From contig OX597814.1 in assembly GCA_951406725.2 (NCBI GenBank), forward strand, positions 164,672,001 through 164,736,000: 64,000 nucleotides of DNA, in the 5' to 3' direction. Below, piece by piece: positions 1-13,263 of this stretch. Below the pieces are notes generated by a model that worked only from the letters and a program-made list of their open reading frames with translations, ran no database searches and had not been told where the DNA came from. The position numbers and the translations under genes are program-made. The stretch is from Octopus vulgaris (Eukaryota). Numbering within the stretch: position 1 is the stretch's first letter; each line of letters starts with the position of its first letter.

Positions 1-204
1 TAGGAGCTATATCCAAGATTGTGATTTTTGACGCAAAACAGTGCAACTTGAGATAGGATTAAGCTTTTGATTATTTATTTATTTATTATTTATATGTTTT
101 TGGCAAGCAAGATTTGTATCGAAGTAGATATTTTCTGTCACTCAGTTGGTGTATTCGTATTAAAGAAATGACGTTGGAAAAAGAGCATATGTGTGTGTCC
201 CCCT

Positions 205-260
<56 letters not shown>

Positions 261-263
<3 letters not shown>

Positions 264-382
264 GGTCCCGGGTTGATTCGGGGTTAACCACAGTAAATAA
301 GGTACTCAATACATAGCAGAGTAAGAAGCTTCCTGAAGATTTCTCTTGAATGAAACAGTTCTAGTCCTGTAGAAGCTCCTTC
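261..382 (+). mobile_element. (TA)n-flanked Penelope-like remnant with hammerhead-like core
   Basis: CTGAAGA (333-339), short stem TTC-tctt-GAA, then GAAAC (352-356); (TA)n on both sides. Confidence 0.4.
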
Positions 383-388
383 TATATA

Positions 389-432
<44 letters not shown>

Positions 433-468
433 GTATATAAGAAATAGAAAGTCCTTGGTACAGTATTA

Positions 469-570
469 TATATTTGAAAATAAATAGAAATGGCTTTTCT
501 GATAATATTTCCACTTTAATAAAGTGGAAAATTTATCAGAAAAGCCATTTCTATTCATTTTTCAAATATA
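469..570. repeat. Near-perfect palindrome, ~50-bp arms, 1-nt loop
   Basis: atagaaatggcttttctgataa..tttccacttta / taaagtggaaa..ttatcagaaaagccatttctat, centred at ~519. Confidence 0.9.
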
Positions 571-574
571 AATA

Positions 575-962
<388 letters not shown>

Positions 963-1796
963 AGTATATGAATTCTAGTAGGACAATTTATTCTCCTAAC
1001 AGCATCACTGACTGAATCAACAACTGCGAAAACAAACGTTATTCTACATATGCACGCACACACACACACACACACACACGCACACACACACACACACACA
1101 TTTATACATACACAAATGCGTACATTCATACATACTGCAGATTCTTAAAGGCAATATGGAAAGTTAAATGGTGAAAGAAGTTATTTATGTTAGTGTTTCT
1201 CTAGGTGCCACCGCTATTTCAAGGGAATGTAATAATTAAATAAACACACACATATGCAAACACACACGCACGGACGCATATTTATATATATACGTACACC
1301 TATTCTATGTATTTATGTATGTATAACGCATAGCTGACGGAGATGCATGTGTATAAACATGGCATATATTTTGGTTTTGGCACCGTTTCATTCGTCCTAC
1401 CAACTTCACTCTCGAGTAATGACATCTCTTACACACACCATTCCTTCTCTGCAACCCACGAATTCCTTCAAGCAGAGCGAATTCGGGTGAAAATATTTCC
1501 AACATGGTTTTATGAGAAAGCGTTATTATTTTCGGGATCAAAATATAGTGAAACCACAGCAGCAACGGCTGTAACAGCAGTTACAACAACAAAAACACTG
1601 CATTAATTGGATCATTGGCATCGTCATCGTCGTCAAGAGCAATTCCAGTTACAAGAATAACTGTAATAACTGCAATTTTATTAACACCTACATATAGCAG
1701 TAATGATAATATCAACAACAGAACGAGGAAACTTCTATGGTATCCTACAACCTGCTAGAATTAGCAGCAAAATCTCCCTCAAATAATACCCTATGT

Positions 1797-1943
1797 GGAT
1801 CTTTTCTGTTTGATAGACAGAATTTTCTAGTTAACTAAACAATTTGAAACTTCGTATACTGGTAGAATGTGTCAAAAGAAAACATTATTGTAAACAAAAC
1901 TGAAAACAAAATTGTAATTCCGTCTATCAAACAGAAAAGATCC
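1797..1943. mobile_element. 147-bp MITE, Merlin-like (GG..CC termini, 8-bp TSD)
   Basis: TIR ggatcttttctgtttgatagac / gtctatcaaacagaaaagatcc; perfect TSD ccctatgt at 1789-1796 and 1944-1951; inserted into a family-E repeat. Confidence 0.85.
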
Positions 1944-2031
1944 CCCTATGTCTAAGAAAAAAAAAAAGACACATTTGAAAATGTTGTCTCCAGGGACTGT
2001 TCCAAGGGGAGAGTATATTTAGACACCGCAA

Positions 2032-2446
2032 GGCGGCGAGCTGGCAGATACGTTAGCACGCCGGGCGAAATGCGTAGCCGTATTTCGTCTGCCGTTACGT
2101 TCTGAGTTCAAATTCCGCCGAGGTTGACTTTGCCTTTCATCCTTTCGCGGTCGATAAATTAAGTACCAGTTACGCACTGGGGTCGATGTAATCGACTTAA
2201 TACCTATGTCTGTCCTTGTTTGTCCCCTCTGTGTTTAGCCCCTTGTGGGTAATAAAGAAATAGGTATTTCGTCTGCCGTTACGTTCTGAGTTCAAATTCC
2301 GCCGAGGTCGACTTTGCCTTTCATATTTTCGGGCTCGATAAATTAAGTACCAGTTACGCACTGGGGTCGATGTAATCGACTTAATCCGTTTGTCTGTCCT
2401 TGTTTGTCCTCTCTATGTTTAGCCCCTTGTGGGTAACAAAGAAACA
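2032..2446 (+). mobile_element. SINE family A, dimer (head plus two body units)
   Basis: A-box-like tggcagatacgttag, B box gagttcaaattcc; second unit starts ggtatttcgtctg at ~2263; 19-bp TSD tatattta(g/a)acaccgcaag at 2014-2032 and 2447-2465. Confidence 0.92.
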
Positions 2447-2479
2447 TATATTTAAACACCGCAAGTTAATGTATCGATA

Positions 2480-2665
2480 AGAAAGCTTCTATGTGTGCAT
2501 TCGACCTGCTAGAAATAGCAGACAAAAGCACTCAGATTGTATGCCACTACCGTCTTAAAGCAGGAAACGTCAGATTTGATAACGTAGTCCTTACAAAAAA
2601 GGGGAAGGGACGATCAAATTTGGACTGCCTTTGATCATAGGGCTTCTCGATCAGATATAATTTTG
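2480..2665 (+). mobile_element. Old dispersed repeat family E (representative copy)
   Basis: Core acctgctagaaatagcag..aaatctccctcaaatcacac recurs degenerate near 1750, 3985, 5730, 5965, 12025, 13830(-), 16170(-), 24050(-), 27290(-), 32755, 40120(-), 42510. Confidence 0.7.
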
Positions 2666-2709
2666 GGCTAAGCAACAACGATAGCGGCAATAGTAGTAAA
2701 AAATGAAGT

Positions 2710-2958
2710 GACACCACCATCACCGCCGCCGCCATTACCATCACCATCACCATCGCCGCCGCCACCGCCGCCACCGCCGCCGCCACCGCCACCACCAATA
2801 CCACCACCACCACTACCGCCGCCGCCGCCGCCACAACCGACCGCCACCACCACCACCACCACCACCACCACCACCACCACCACCACTACCACCACCACCA
2901 CCACTACTACCGCCGCCGCCACTACTTCTACAAGAACGACAGCAACTACAACTACGTT
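2710..2958. repeat. GC-rich (CCA/CCG/CTA)n trinucleotide tract
   Basis: Direct read; source of spurious poly-P/T/V/G ORFs. Confidence 0.95.
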
Positions 2959-3342
2959 AGTTATACAAACTGTGACACAGGCACACAACTTCAGCAATCG
3001 CAGTAGTAATATAAACAGAGACACCACTTCCGCAACCAGAACAACAAGTGAAATAGTGTAAACCTCTAGTTATGCTGTAAAAATATAACAATAACAATAT
3101 TTCTATAGACAAACTATAAAAATAAGAACAGTAACTAATGAACAACTGCTAAAACAGAAACGCATAAAAATATAATCCGGTTCGGAACAGTAAAATATCT
3201 TGTGAGATTGTACATCGACATGTGGACGTAGTCTACCACAAAAGAAATACGACAAATATTGCTTTGTGGTAAACTAGGTGTAGCTTCTGAATACATGTCT
3301 GCCCTCTCTGCACCATCTCATGATCCTCCTCCACATAACAGA

Positions 3343-3380
<38 letters not shown>

Positions 3381-3403
3381 TAATAATAATAATAATAATA
3401 ATA

Positions 3404-3612
3404 TATTTCTTTATTGCCCACAAGGGACTAAACATAGAGGGGACAAACAAAGACAGACAAAGGGATTGAGTCGATTACATCGACCCCAGTGCGTAACTGG
3501 TACTTTATTTATCGACCCCGAAAGGATGAAGGGCAAAGTCGACCTCGGCGGAATTTGAACGCAGAACGTAACGGCAGACGAAATACGGCTACGCATTTCG
3601 CCCGGCGTGCTA
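3404..3612 (-). mobile_element. SINE family A, 5'-truncated, abutting (AAT)n at 3344-3402
   Basis: Reverse complement of the 2032 unit. Confidence 0.9.
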
Positions 3613-5019
3613 TAGCTTCAGTACCAGATACATGGCTGACGTTGCTGTCAGAACGTAAAAGGTGAGAACAAATACCGCAAGGAACCCTATCCAAAGCTCT
3701 CTAAGATTTTAGCCAATCTATTACCTTGGATTGGTCCTTTATTTATCAACCCTCAAAGGCATGAAAGATAAGTTTACACGGCAGAATGTGAAGTCAGAAA
3801 CGAGAGAACCGGAATAAATACCGAAGGGTATACTATCCGACGCTCTAACGATTCTGCTTATTGGCGGTAGAAATATCAGTAATGATAACATCAACAAAGG
3901 CGTCAACAGAAGCAAAACCAGTCACATCAAGAATACTAATGTCACCAACATGAGCCAATGATAGAGCCTTCGCCTTGTACGAAATTCTAGAAACAGCAGT
4001 CAAATTCCCCCTAAATCACATCCTATAATGTATTAAATGGACACATTGGACTATGTTGTCCAGAACAGATTATTCAAAAAGAAATGACGATACAGTTGTG
4101 GCTGGTTGATATTTGATCATACACGTCTGTTCAATAAATATTGAGCTGGTGTTAAACAGTGGTAAAAAACCCCCGAAAAAAACAAAACAAGCAAAAACGA
4201 AACAAAACACGAATTTGATCTCTCATTCCACTCTAAAACATAAATCTCTTGTTCCCTATTGTTAATCCATCTCTCTTGTGATCTCTTTATTACAACATAT
4301 TTCTGAAATGTCTGTTCTTGGGTAGAATCTTTTCTCTCTACCATTAACTTCTTCGTCAGACCTCAGTTGCAAAGGTTTTCTGTCAATTTTCCTATTCTTC
4401 TGCTGCTCTTCAAACACCTTCAGCAGTTATCTCTTTCTCGTTCTACAGAAAGGACATCTATAAAATTGTCGTCTAGCTCTGAAGTAATTTAAGTAATTAT
4501 AGTCGGTGACTTCAGTATAGAGATCCTGTTTGGATGTTTATAGTCCTATCCTGAACTGCCAGATTCAGTTCCAGTTTCTCAAATAAAATATTTCGCACCA
4601 CTACTCATACTATGAGAGGCAACGCTTCAGATCTTTCCTTCATATTTCTCTGAAATGTGAGTTTTAGAATTAGTTCAAATCCTCACCAAACTTTTAATCT
4701 TACTCTTTTTTTCACGGGAATATATCTAAATTTGTGGAGACATGTTACAGTGCAACACATCTCTTTAGATCTGCCTACAACCAAATTATCACCCTCATTT
4801 CCAACAGCTCAAAATTGAAGTAGAAGATCCTAAACAAGTCCCCACTTCATCACTTAGAACATTTGAATAACAGATAGTTAGCACCATTCCGAGTTCAGAT
4901 AAGCCATGCCTGGTATAGTAAATTCTGGGCAATTTAACTAGAAAGCCTCTTCTTTAACCTTCTGTACACTAAACGCCATCCACACGTAGCGTAAACTGCC
5001 TGACGCCAGATCTACTCTG

Positions 5020-5595
5020 CCCCAATAATCAGTCTCGAAAAATTCTTCATTGGACCATGACAACATACTCAGCTTCAACAGTACATATTGATCTTGAACA
5101 ATACAGGAAGTTGTTACAAGTGCTAGAATTTACCTTGTGGTATTTTTTCTAGACACAATGACATTGCCAAAGACTGCATCATAAAAACTTCAAACTTGAT
5201 CCGACCTACGTATTTCGAGCGTAACTCAACGGTGATACTGCTATACCTAAGGCCATCCTAGACTACATACAAATGAAGGCCATTTGGCTGTTGTGTAACC
5301 ACTGCTCCATAAATATGTTGTTTTTCATGTCTATTACTTTCTGTCGATAATACAGCAAACACTGCTACTCTGAACTAACGAAGCTACATAACACTTTCTG
5401 GTACAGTTTGCATGATGCAACCGCTTTCTCTTCGTCCCAGTTATGTCCAATCTTTTGTTTCTAGAACTGCAAAACTCTGGAATTCACCTTCCCACAAAAA
5501 TTTATTCCCTTAGCAAACTGAACGTAAACTGCATGAATTTCACTACATTAGCGAGGCCAACCGAAGTAATGTCACTGCCGATTGCCCCTCTGACT
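5020..5595 (+). mobile_element. Degenerate CR1/L2-group LINE 3' ORF2 fragment
   Basis: 5451-5493 translates SFVSRTAKLWNSP, resembling the SFFPRTxxLWNSLP C-terminal motif; upstream FCR*YSKHCYSEL resembles FYRYYNGxCSSEL. Confidence 0.6.
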
Positions 5596-6095
5596 AATTC
5601 ATAATAAAATATAAATAAAACAAGAAAAACCCACAGACGTGAGAATCGCTACCACCTTTACCGCTTCACCGCCAGTACTAACAAAACGCCAACAAAAGCC
5701 GACAAAGGAATGCCTGTGTTGTTTCTTGATCTGCAAGAAATAGCAGTCAAATCTCTCTTTATTCACACTACATTTTGTCTTTAAAAATGAAGTACATGTT
5801 GAATGATCATAAGTCTCCTGGGTCTGAGCTAAACTGGAGCTAAACAAACAACAACCACCGCTACTTACAACAGCAATACAGTCACTACTATCACACATTA
5901 CGAGTATAAAGCCCCCCCCCAAACAACAACGAACCAACGTGTGAGCTTCTGCCCAATCATTCGACTTGCTGAAAAAAGCAGTCAAATCCCCTCCAACCAC
6001 ACTACCGATTTAGGAGAAAAACTATTTGGATATAATGATTTGGTCATGGGTGGAGCGTTTTGATGTTGATTCTATTCAGAGTTAACCTAGGCCCA

Positions 6096-6134
<39 letters not shown>

Positions 6135-6209
6135 CAACATAACAACTAGTGTCATAATAGTACTGACAACATCAACAACTTCTACAACTGCTGCTGCTGC
6201 TGCTGCTAT

Positions 6210-6272
<63 letters not shown>

Positions 6273-7283
6273 AGATAAATGAACATTAGAACTAGTATCA
6301 TCATACCACCGACAAAATAACCACTGCTGAAAGACCAAAAAAAAAAAAAGCTTCAACTGTCACATACAATCAAGGATGACTTGGCTGCATGTACCGTGCC
6401 TTCGCTAATTACTTTAGGTGCCTATGTAGTCGCGATCAGTCACAGACGCCCGTTCAGCTCTCTCAGTTTTGGCCCAGTGAAACAACCAGCATGTAACAAG
6501 TGGGGTAAAAGACTTTGATGAAGACATTTATTTATACATCCTGAAAAGATGAAAGGCAAATTGGATCTCAGCGGGATTTGAAATCGGCACGCAGGAAGCC
6601 GGAACAAACGCCATAACGCATTTTATCCGATGCTCTTATGCCTTCGCCAATCAACCGCCTTAACTGAGAGATCGTACCACCACTAAAAAGTAAAAAAAAA
6701 AAAAAGAAAGAGAGAAGTAACAACGTTTATAGTATTAATATTCCCACGAACAATTATATAACACAAACAAAACTTTGGGCCCCAACCAGCAACAACTACC
6801 TTCTAGCATCATCATAGCATCACTACCACTCAAAACCATCGGCATCGTAATCACTAAAAACACCAAACACCAATAACAACAAACACCAGCATGGTTTAAT
6901 ATGCCCACCAAAAACGACGCCATATTGTCTCCAGTAACGACTGGTATTTTACTCCCCCAACTCCTACCTATCTCAACTCATTTTACTGAAACTTTCTCAA
7001 TAGGGGGCGATGATGCAGTTGTTTGTTTTTGTATATGTTATCGTCATTGCTGTTGTTGTCGTTGATTTTGTGATGTTTTTTTTTTGATATTGCTGTTTTT
7101 GTTATTGTCGTCGTCGTCGTCGTCTTAGGCATGAACGTGGAGATGATGTTACAGAAGACTTTAGACATTGCCTAACACACATTTAATAGTTTGCTTAAAA
7201 CTCGAATATTAATACAAGCCCCAGACCAGTCCTGACATATTAAGATATAGTCTCACATAAACACAAGCACACCCACACCCACA

Positions 7284-7333
<50 letters not shown>

Positions 7334-7592
7334 CATATAAATGTGTATGTAGCTATGAACATATCTGTAAATTGATATATTACATAACGTAACAATACAA
7401 TACATGCATACGCTCACTCCTGCACACACATTCACACCTATATAAATATATATATATATATAGGTATAGACTTAAATGTATAATGCGTGTACATACGTAT
7501 ATCTGGATATATATATTTACAGTTAACTATATCTGCTATACATTTCCATTATAGTACACACATATATGCTTATATTTCAACAATATTCATAC

Positions 7593-7639
<47 letters not shown>

Positions 7640-7642
7640 GGA

Positions 7643-7683
<41 letters not shown>

Positions 7684-7800
7684 GACAGTTAGACAGAGAC
7701 AGAGAAATTTGTGTTTATTTACCCACACATTTACCATACATACATAAAAACAGACGCGTACAAATATGTATATATAAATGTGTGTATATTGTGACTCTGC

Positions 7801-7860
<60 letters not shown>

Positions 7861-8025
7861 TTGTGTGTATGTGTGTGTGTTTGTATTCAAACATACGCAA
7901 CTGGCTAATAGTCTAACTATGCCTAAGCGAAATCAACACACACACACATATATATAATATAAATATATATAAATATATACATGTATATATATGTATATAT
8001 ATATACATATATATATATGTATATA

Positions 8026-8107
<82 letters not shown>

Positions 8108-8792
8108 CATACATATATATATATATATATATACATATATATAACACATATGTGCATATATGGCTTGCGTGTGTGCTTCTTCTCTTCCTATGTGATGTTT
8201 AGTGGTTTCTGTGCGTGAACTGTAGTTATGTAGATTTCAGATAAGCAATCTGGTGCTCAGAATTTTTCTTATTTGGCATTTATATTTATTTCACTGTGAA
8301 GACACAAACACACACACGCATACATAAACGCACACAAATATCACTCCTTAGAAAACATAAATATATGTATTAATATGTATGTACGTGTGTATGCATGCGC
8401 ATGCGCGGCGTATATGTGTGTGTGTGTGTGTGTAAGTGCATGTATGTGTGTGTGTCTGTGAGAATGTGTTAGTGTATGGATCGTTATGACCATTAACCTT
8501 TAAATACAAGGTCGCTAAGTTCGTGATGAAACTCTTCAATGTTCGTATATAACGTGTGTGTGTGCGTGTGTGTGCACCTGTATGTGTATGTGTTGTGTGT
8601 GTGTGTTTGTGTGCGTGTGTGAATAGACAGATATGAGTGTAGATATATACACACACACATGCACACAATTGTGTGTATGTAAATATATGTTTGTAAATAT
8701 ATATATATGTACATATATGTACATTTGTCTATACATATGTAAGTATATATGTCTATATATATATACAAATATATATATATATATATATATAC

Positions 8793-8823
<31 letters not shown>

Positions 8824-9022
8824 AATGTACATGGAAGTATGTACACGTATATATATATATATATGTTTGCATGTGTACACTCACATATACGTACGCATTT
8901 GATAAATTCCTTTGCAAAAGCGCTCTATGTTACTATATAACGAACAAATATGTGTGTATTTCTAAGTGGTAATGTATGTATGAATGTATGAATTTATGTA
9001 TGCATGTATATATGTATATGTA

Positions 9023-9071
<49 letters not shown>

Positions 9072-9296
9072 ACCCACACACACTCATTCACATACACATG
9101 CATGTTTGTATGCAAATCCTTCATTACCAAATCGAAGGAAAGATAGATCACGGTACCGAAGTTATAATGTACCTTGTTTACGAAATCCGCTACTTCACAT
9201 TTTACAATTTACGATTTCGTGCATTCGTGCCTCGAGGAAAATATTTCGTCTGTGTGGCGGTGACGTAAAACACTGGCTTTCGATCAACACAAGCAT

Positions 9297-9330
<34 letters not shown>

Positions 9331-9332
<2 letters not shown>

Positions 9333-9668
9333 TTTACTTGTTTCAGCCATTAAACTGCAGCCATGCTGGTGCACCGCCTTGAAGAATTTTTAGTCCAATG
9401 TATCGACCTCAGTAGTTATTTTTAAAACCCGATACTTATTCAATCGGTCTCCTTTGCCGAACCGCTAGGTTACGGTGACGTTAGCACTCTAGCACCGGTG
9501 TCAAGCGGTGATGGAGGTAAGAAACACAGACACAAAGGAACACACTCACAAGCACCCACACATACATATTTATACGACGGGCTTCTTTCAATCTACCAAA
9601 TCCACTCACAAGGCTTTGGTCGGCCAGAGACTAAAGTAGAAGGCACCTGCCCAAAGTGCCACGCAGTG
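9331..9668 (-). mobile_element. SINE family B (CORE-like), 5'-truncated
   Basis: Matches family B tail (cttttacttgtttcag..ccatgctgg) and body (aaatccactcacaaggctttggtcggcc). Confidence 0.85.
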
Positions 9669-9724
9669 GATATGTGTATACGCACACAAATGTGTGCTGA
9701 ATGTGCGTTTGCGCGTATGCCTCG

Positions 9725-10090
9725 CATCTGTAAAACTCACAATGTTCAAAACTAACAACAACAAAACATTAACCAACATATATAGCAACTTTGTAAAACT
9801 TATATCCTGAATATAAAAGAAACTCATTAAGATAATTAAAGTTAGAAGTAGAACAACCGCAAAATTTACTAGGACGGTTACAACATACAGAGACTATAAA
9901 CAAAAGAATGAAGAACGAAAGCATATTCCCTATAAATATGGAATGTTCCATCTTCTGCTGCCTGATGGGATATCTTCGATGTTTTGACATCAAAAACAGG
10001 CTGACTGAATCTGGCAGCGTCAACAGCGTCAAAAGAATAAAACAAAAACTTATTAATGTTGAAATAGAAAATTACTATTTGTAAATCTCT
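9725..10090 (+). mobile_element. Penelope-like element 3' end and pseudo-LTR with degenerate hammerhead
   Basis: Decayed CxLC..IL..RCRHxRKF-like ORF end at ~9785-9872; gctgc-CTGATGG..GATGT-tttg-ACATC-aAAAAC-aggct-gac..ggcagc at 9957-10018. Confidence 0.5.
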
Positions 10091-10120
10091 CAACGAGAGA
10101 CATTCTGTAACAGTACTCTA

Positions 10121-10322
10121 GAGTAAAGATTATTTGCCAAATTAACATGGCAGTCCTGGCAAGGACGAATGTTACTGCTATACGGTACTGGCTATACGTT
10201 ACTGGCTATTCGACACTAATGTGTCGTATAGCTAGATGGAGACGATGTTTCCTGGGGTTAAATAGCAGTAACATTCGTCCTTGCCAGGAATGTCACGTAT
10301 GTTGGCAAATAATCTTTACTAC
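10121..10322. mobile_element. ~200-bp MITE with ~60-bp TIRs
   Basis: agtaaagattatttgccaa..tcctggcaaggacgaatgttactgctat / atagcagtaacattcgtccttgccagga..ttggcaaataatctttact. Confidence 0.88.
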
Positions 10323-10879
10323 TTAATGCTGCCTGGGAACATAGAAAAGAAATTCGTTTCATTTTATGTGTATTCAAAAAATATATAAAATGAAAATTAT
10401 GAAACATATAAAACTAAAATTAAAGGAAAATATTGACATGTCTAGAAGTAAAACACTATGCCCCAGGGAGTCACAGCGTGAGAGCTCCACCACCCGTTTA
10501 GCATGGTGATCAAGGTCGAAAACAAAGCTAACAACCATAACGGAAGTGACGAAAGGGGAATGAGATGCAGTTAACAACGAGAAGTGATGATCATTGGATA
10601 TAAGAAGAACCCGTGTCAACCACTGAGAGTGGGAGACGTAAATTATATGATTTGAGGGAAGCTGGTTGGTATTTCCAGCTGATCAATAAGCATACATTTA
10701 CACACACACACACACACATATATATATATGCGTGTGTATGTGTGTGTGTGTGTGTATGCATGCGTGTGTGTGTGTGTGTGTATGTGTGTGTGTGTGTGTG
10801 TGTGTGCAACTGTATGCGTGTAAGAGAATACACAATACTGAAAACTGTCATATAGTTTATAGGAAATCGAAATTTTACA

Positions 10880-11082
<203 letters not shown>

Positions 11083-11359
11083 GAATGTATGTATGTATAA
11101 TATGTAGTATAAGAATGTTAAAAGAATTTTATCACAAAAATTAGCGACATCGTGCGTGCACGCTAGTGTTTATAACCATCTGATAACCATCTAACAATAA
11201 TTAAAAACACACACACACACACATGTACACATACACACATATGCACGCATACACACACGTGCGCGCGCGTCACACACACACACACTGATGCAAACACACA
11301 TACACACGAGTGAGCACGCACTAACACACGCACACATGGAGAAATCGAGAGGAGTGACA

Positions 11360-11398
<39 letters not shown>

Positions 11399-12179
11399 GG
11401 AGTGAGAGACAGATAGAGGAAAGAAGCAGAGAAAGAGACAGGAAGTAAGCAAGAGTGAGAGAAAGAGAGGAAAAAAAGAAGTAGCAACAAGAGGAAAGGG
11501 AAAAAAGTGGTAGGTGGAAAGAGAGAGAGAATGGGGTGAAACCTTATAAAGTATAAAGAAGAAAAGGCAGATCGAGGGAGTGTGAATAGAAAAGAGGAAG
11601 AGGGAGAGAGAGAGGGGGAGACAGGGAGAAAGACAGAGGAAGAGAGAAAACGGGGGCGAATCAACTATTTCCTGTACAGATGCAGAAAGGACCAAATTTC
11701 AATGCGAAACTAAATGTCAACGACGTAATTGTTTACTCAGGATTTAGCAACATTCCCGTTCAGGTAGATGGAGTCTTGTTTTTATAAAGGGGAAACCACA
11801 AATACAACTTTGGGTGTGATACAAAGGGACTGTAAATCATCAGATCCTTAACAATAACCAGTAATAATAAACAAGAAACATTAGTACTATGAAAGAAATG
11901 GAATCTTTACTATATATGTTAAAGGAAAACTATTTTAAACTACGATGAATTACTTGTCAATCCAGCGGGGAAAAACAGCCTTGAGAATTTGAGCCAGTGA
12001 GGGAGAAATACGTTGTCATTTGATCTGTTAGAAATTACAATAACTCTTCATCAAATCACATTTTGTTGTAAATATGAGGAGGGTACCTTTGAGATTGTCC
12101 TTAGGCAAAAGTTTTGCAATATTTTGGTAACTTGTTTGCTTGTTCGTCAAGTTACAACAAAAGCAGAGTAGTATTCAGA

Positions 12180-12380
12180 GTGTAGAGGCTTTCGTGTTGC
12201 ACTATCTCAAGCTGCCTTTCTGCCAGTTCTTTGATCCCACGCTGATACTAGTTCTTGTCATTCGAGGCGAAGAACTTCACTGAAGCTTCCACCTCCTCCT
12301 GCTTGATGAAGTGTTGCAAGCGCAGGAAGTGAATCATGGATCGGAACAGGTAACAATCTAAGGGAGATATTTCCGCAATA
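12180..12380 (-). pseudogene. Mariner transposase C-terminal fragment
   Basis: Minus strand reads ISPLDCYLFRSMIHFLRLQHFIKQEEVEASVKFFASNDKN*YQRGIKELAERQL, matching the mariner YSPDLAPSDYHLFRS..GIxxLxERW region. Confidence 0.85.
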
Positions 12381-12650
12381 CTAACATACACAAGAAGTGG
12401 CTAGACAAAAAGCCAGCTTACGCAACATAGATGTTTGGAACACAAGGTAGATACTCTGGGGGAATTATGTGGTGATAATTCACTACAATTCGTTTCGAAC
12501 AATCGAACCATCGATGCTAACCTGTACTTCGAACAGCTGGAGCGGATGTAAGCCATCGTTCGGCAAGAATACTCGGCATGGAGTATTCTTTTATGCAGTA
12601 AGACAACGCAAGACCTCTGCATTTCAGTTGACAGAAAGTAGGGAATTGTA
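12380..12650 (+). pseudogene. Mariner transposase central (catalytic-domain) fragment, opposite strand to its C-terminus
   Basis: With frameshifts reads NIHKKWLDKK..NYVVIIHY..NNRTIDANLYFEQLERM..Q*DNARP (cf. HDNARPH). Confidence 0.8.
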
Positions 12651-12651
12651 A

Positions 12652-13263
12652 GGCGGCGAGCTGGCAGAAAGGTTAGCGTGCCGGGCGAAATGCCTAGCGG
12701 TATTTCGTCTGCCGCTACGTTCTGAGTTCAAATTCCGCCGAGGTCGACTTTGCCTTTCATCCTTTCAGAGTCGATTAAATAAGTACCAGTTACGCATTGG
12801 GGTCGATATAATCGACTTAATCCGGTTGTCTGTCTTTGTTTGTCCTCTCTGTGTTTAGCCACTTGTGGGTAGTAAAAAAATAGAAATAGGTATTTCGTCT
12901 GCCGTTACGTTCTAAGTTAAAATTCCACCGAGGTCGACTTTGCCTTTCATCCTTTCGGGGTCGATAAATTAAGTCCCAGTTACGCACTGGGGTCGATGTA
13001 ATCGACTTAATCCGTTTGTCTGTCCTTGTTTGTCCTCTCTGTATTTAACCCCTTGTGGGTTGTAAAAGAATAGAAATAGGTATTTTGTCTGCCGTTACGT
13101 TCTGAGTTCAAATTCCGCCGAGGTTGACTTTGCCTTTCATCCTTTCGGGGTCGATAAATTAAGTACCAGTTACACACTGGGGTCGATGTAATCGATTTAA
13201 TCCGTTTGTCTGTCCTTGTTTGTCCCCTCTATGTTTAGCCCCTTGTGGGCAATAAAGAAATAA
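12652..13263 (+). mobile_element. SINE family A, trimer
   Basis: Head at 12652; extra headless units start ggtattt at ~12889 and ~13079. Confidence 0.92.

Noticed and set aside
2547-3061. Poly-Pro/Thr ORF resembling a formin, extensin or mucin
   Set aside because: Simple CCA/CCG/CTA tract with no ATG start, embedded in ACA-rich low-complexity DNA; no flanking domain
12652-13263. Regularly spaced repeats suggestive of a CRISPR array
   Set aside because: Units are ~190-bp tandem SINE bodies with no unique spacers; eukaryotic context and no cas genes
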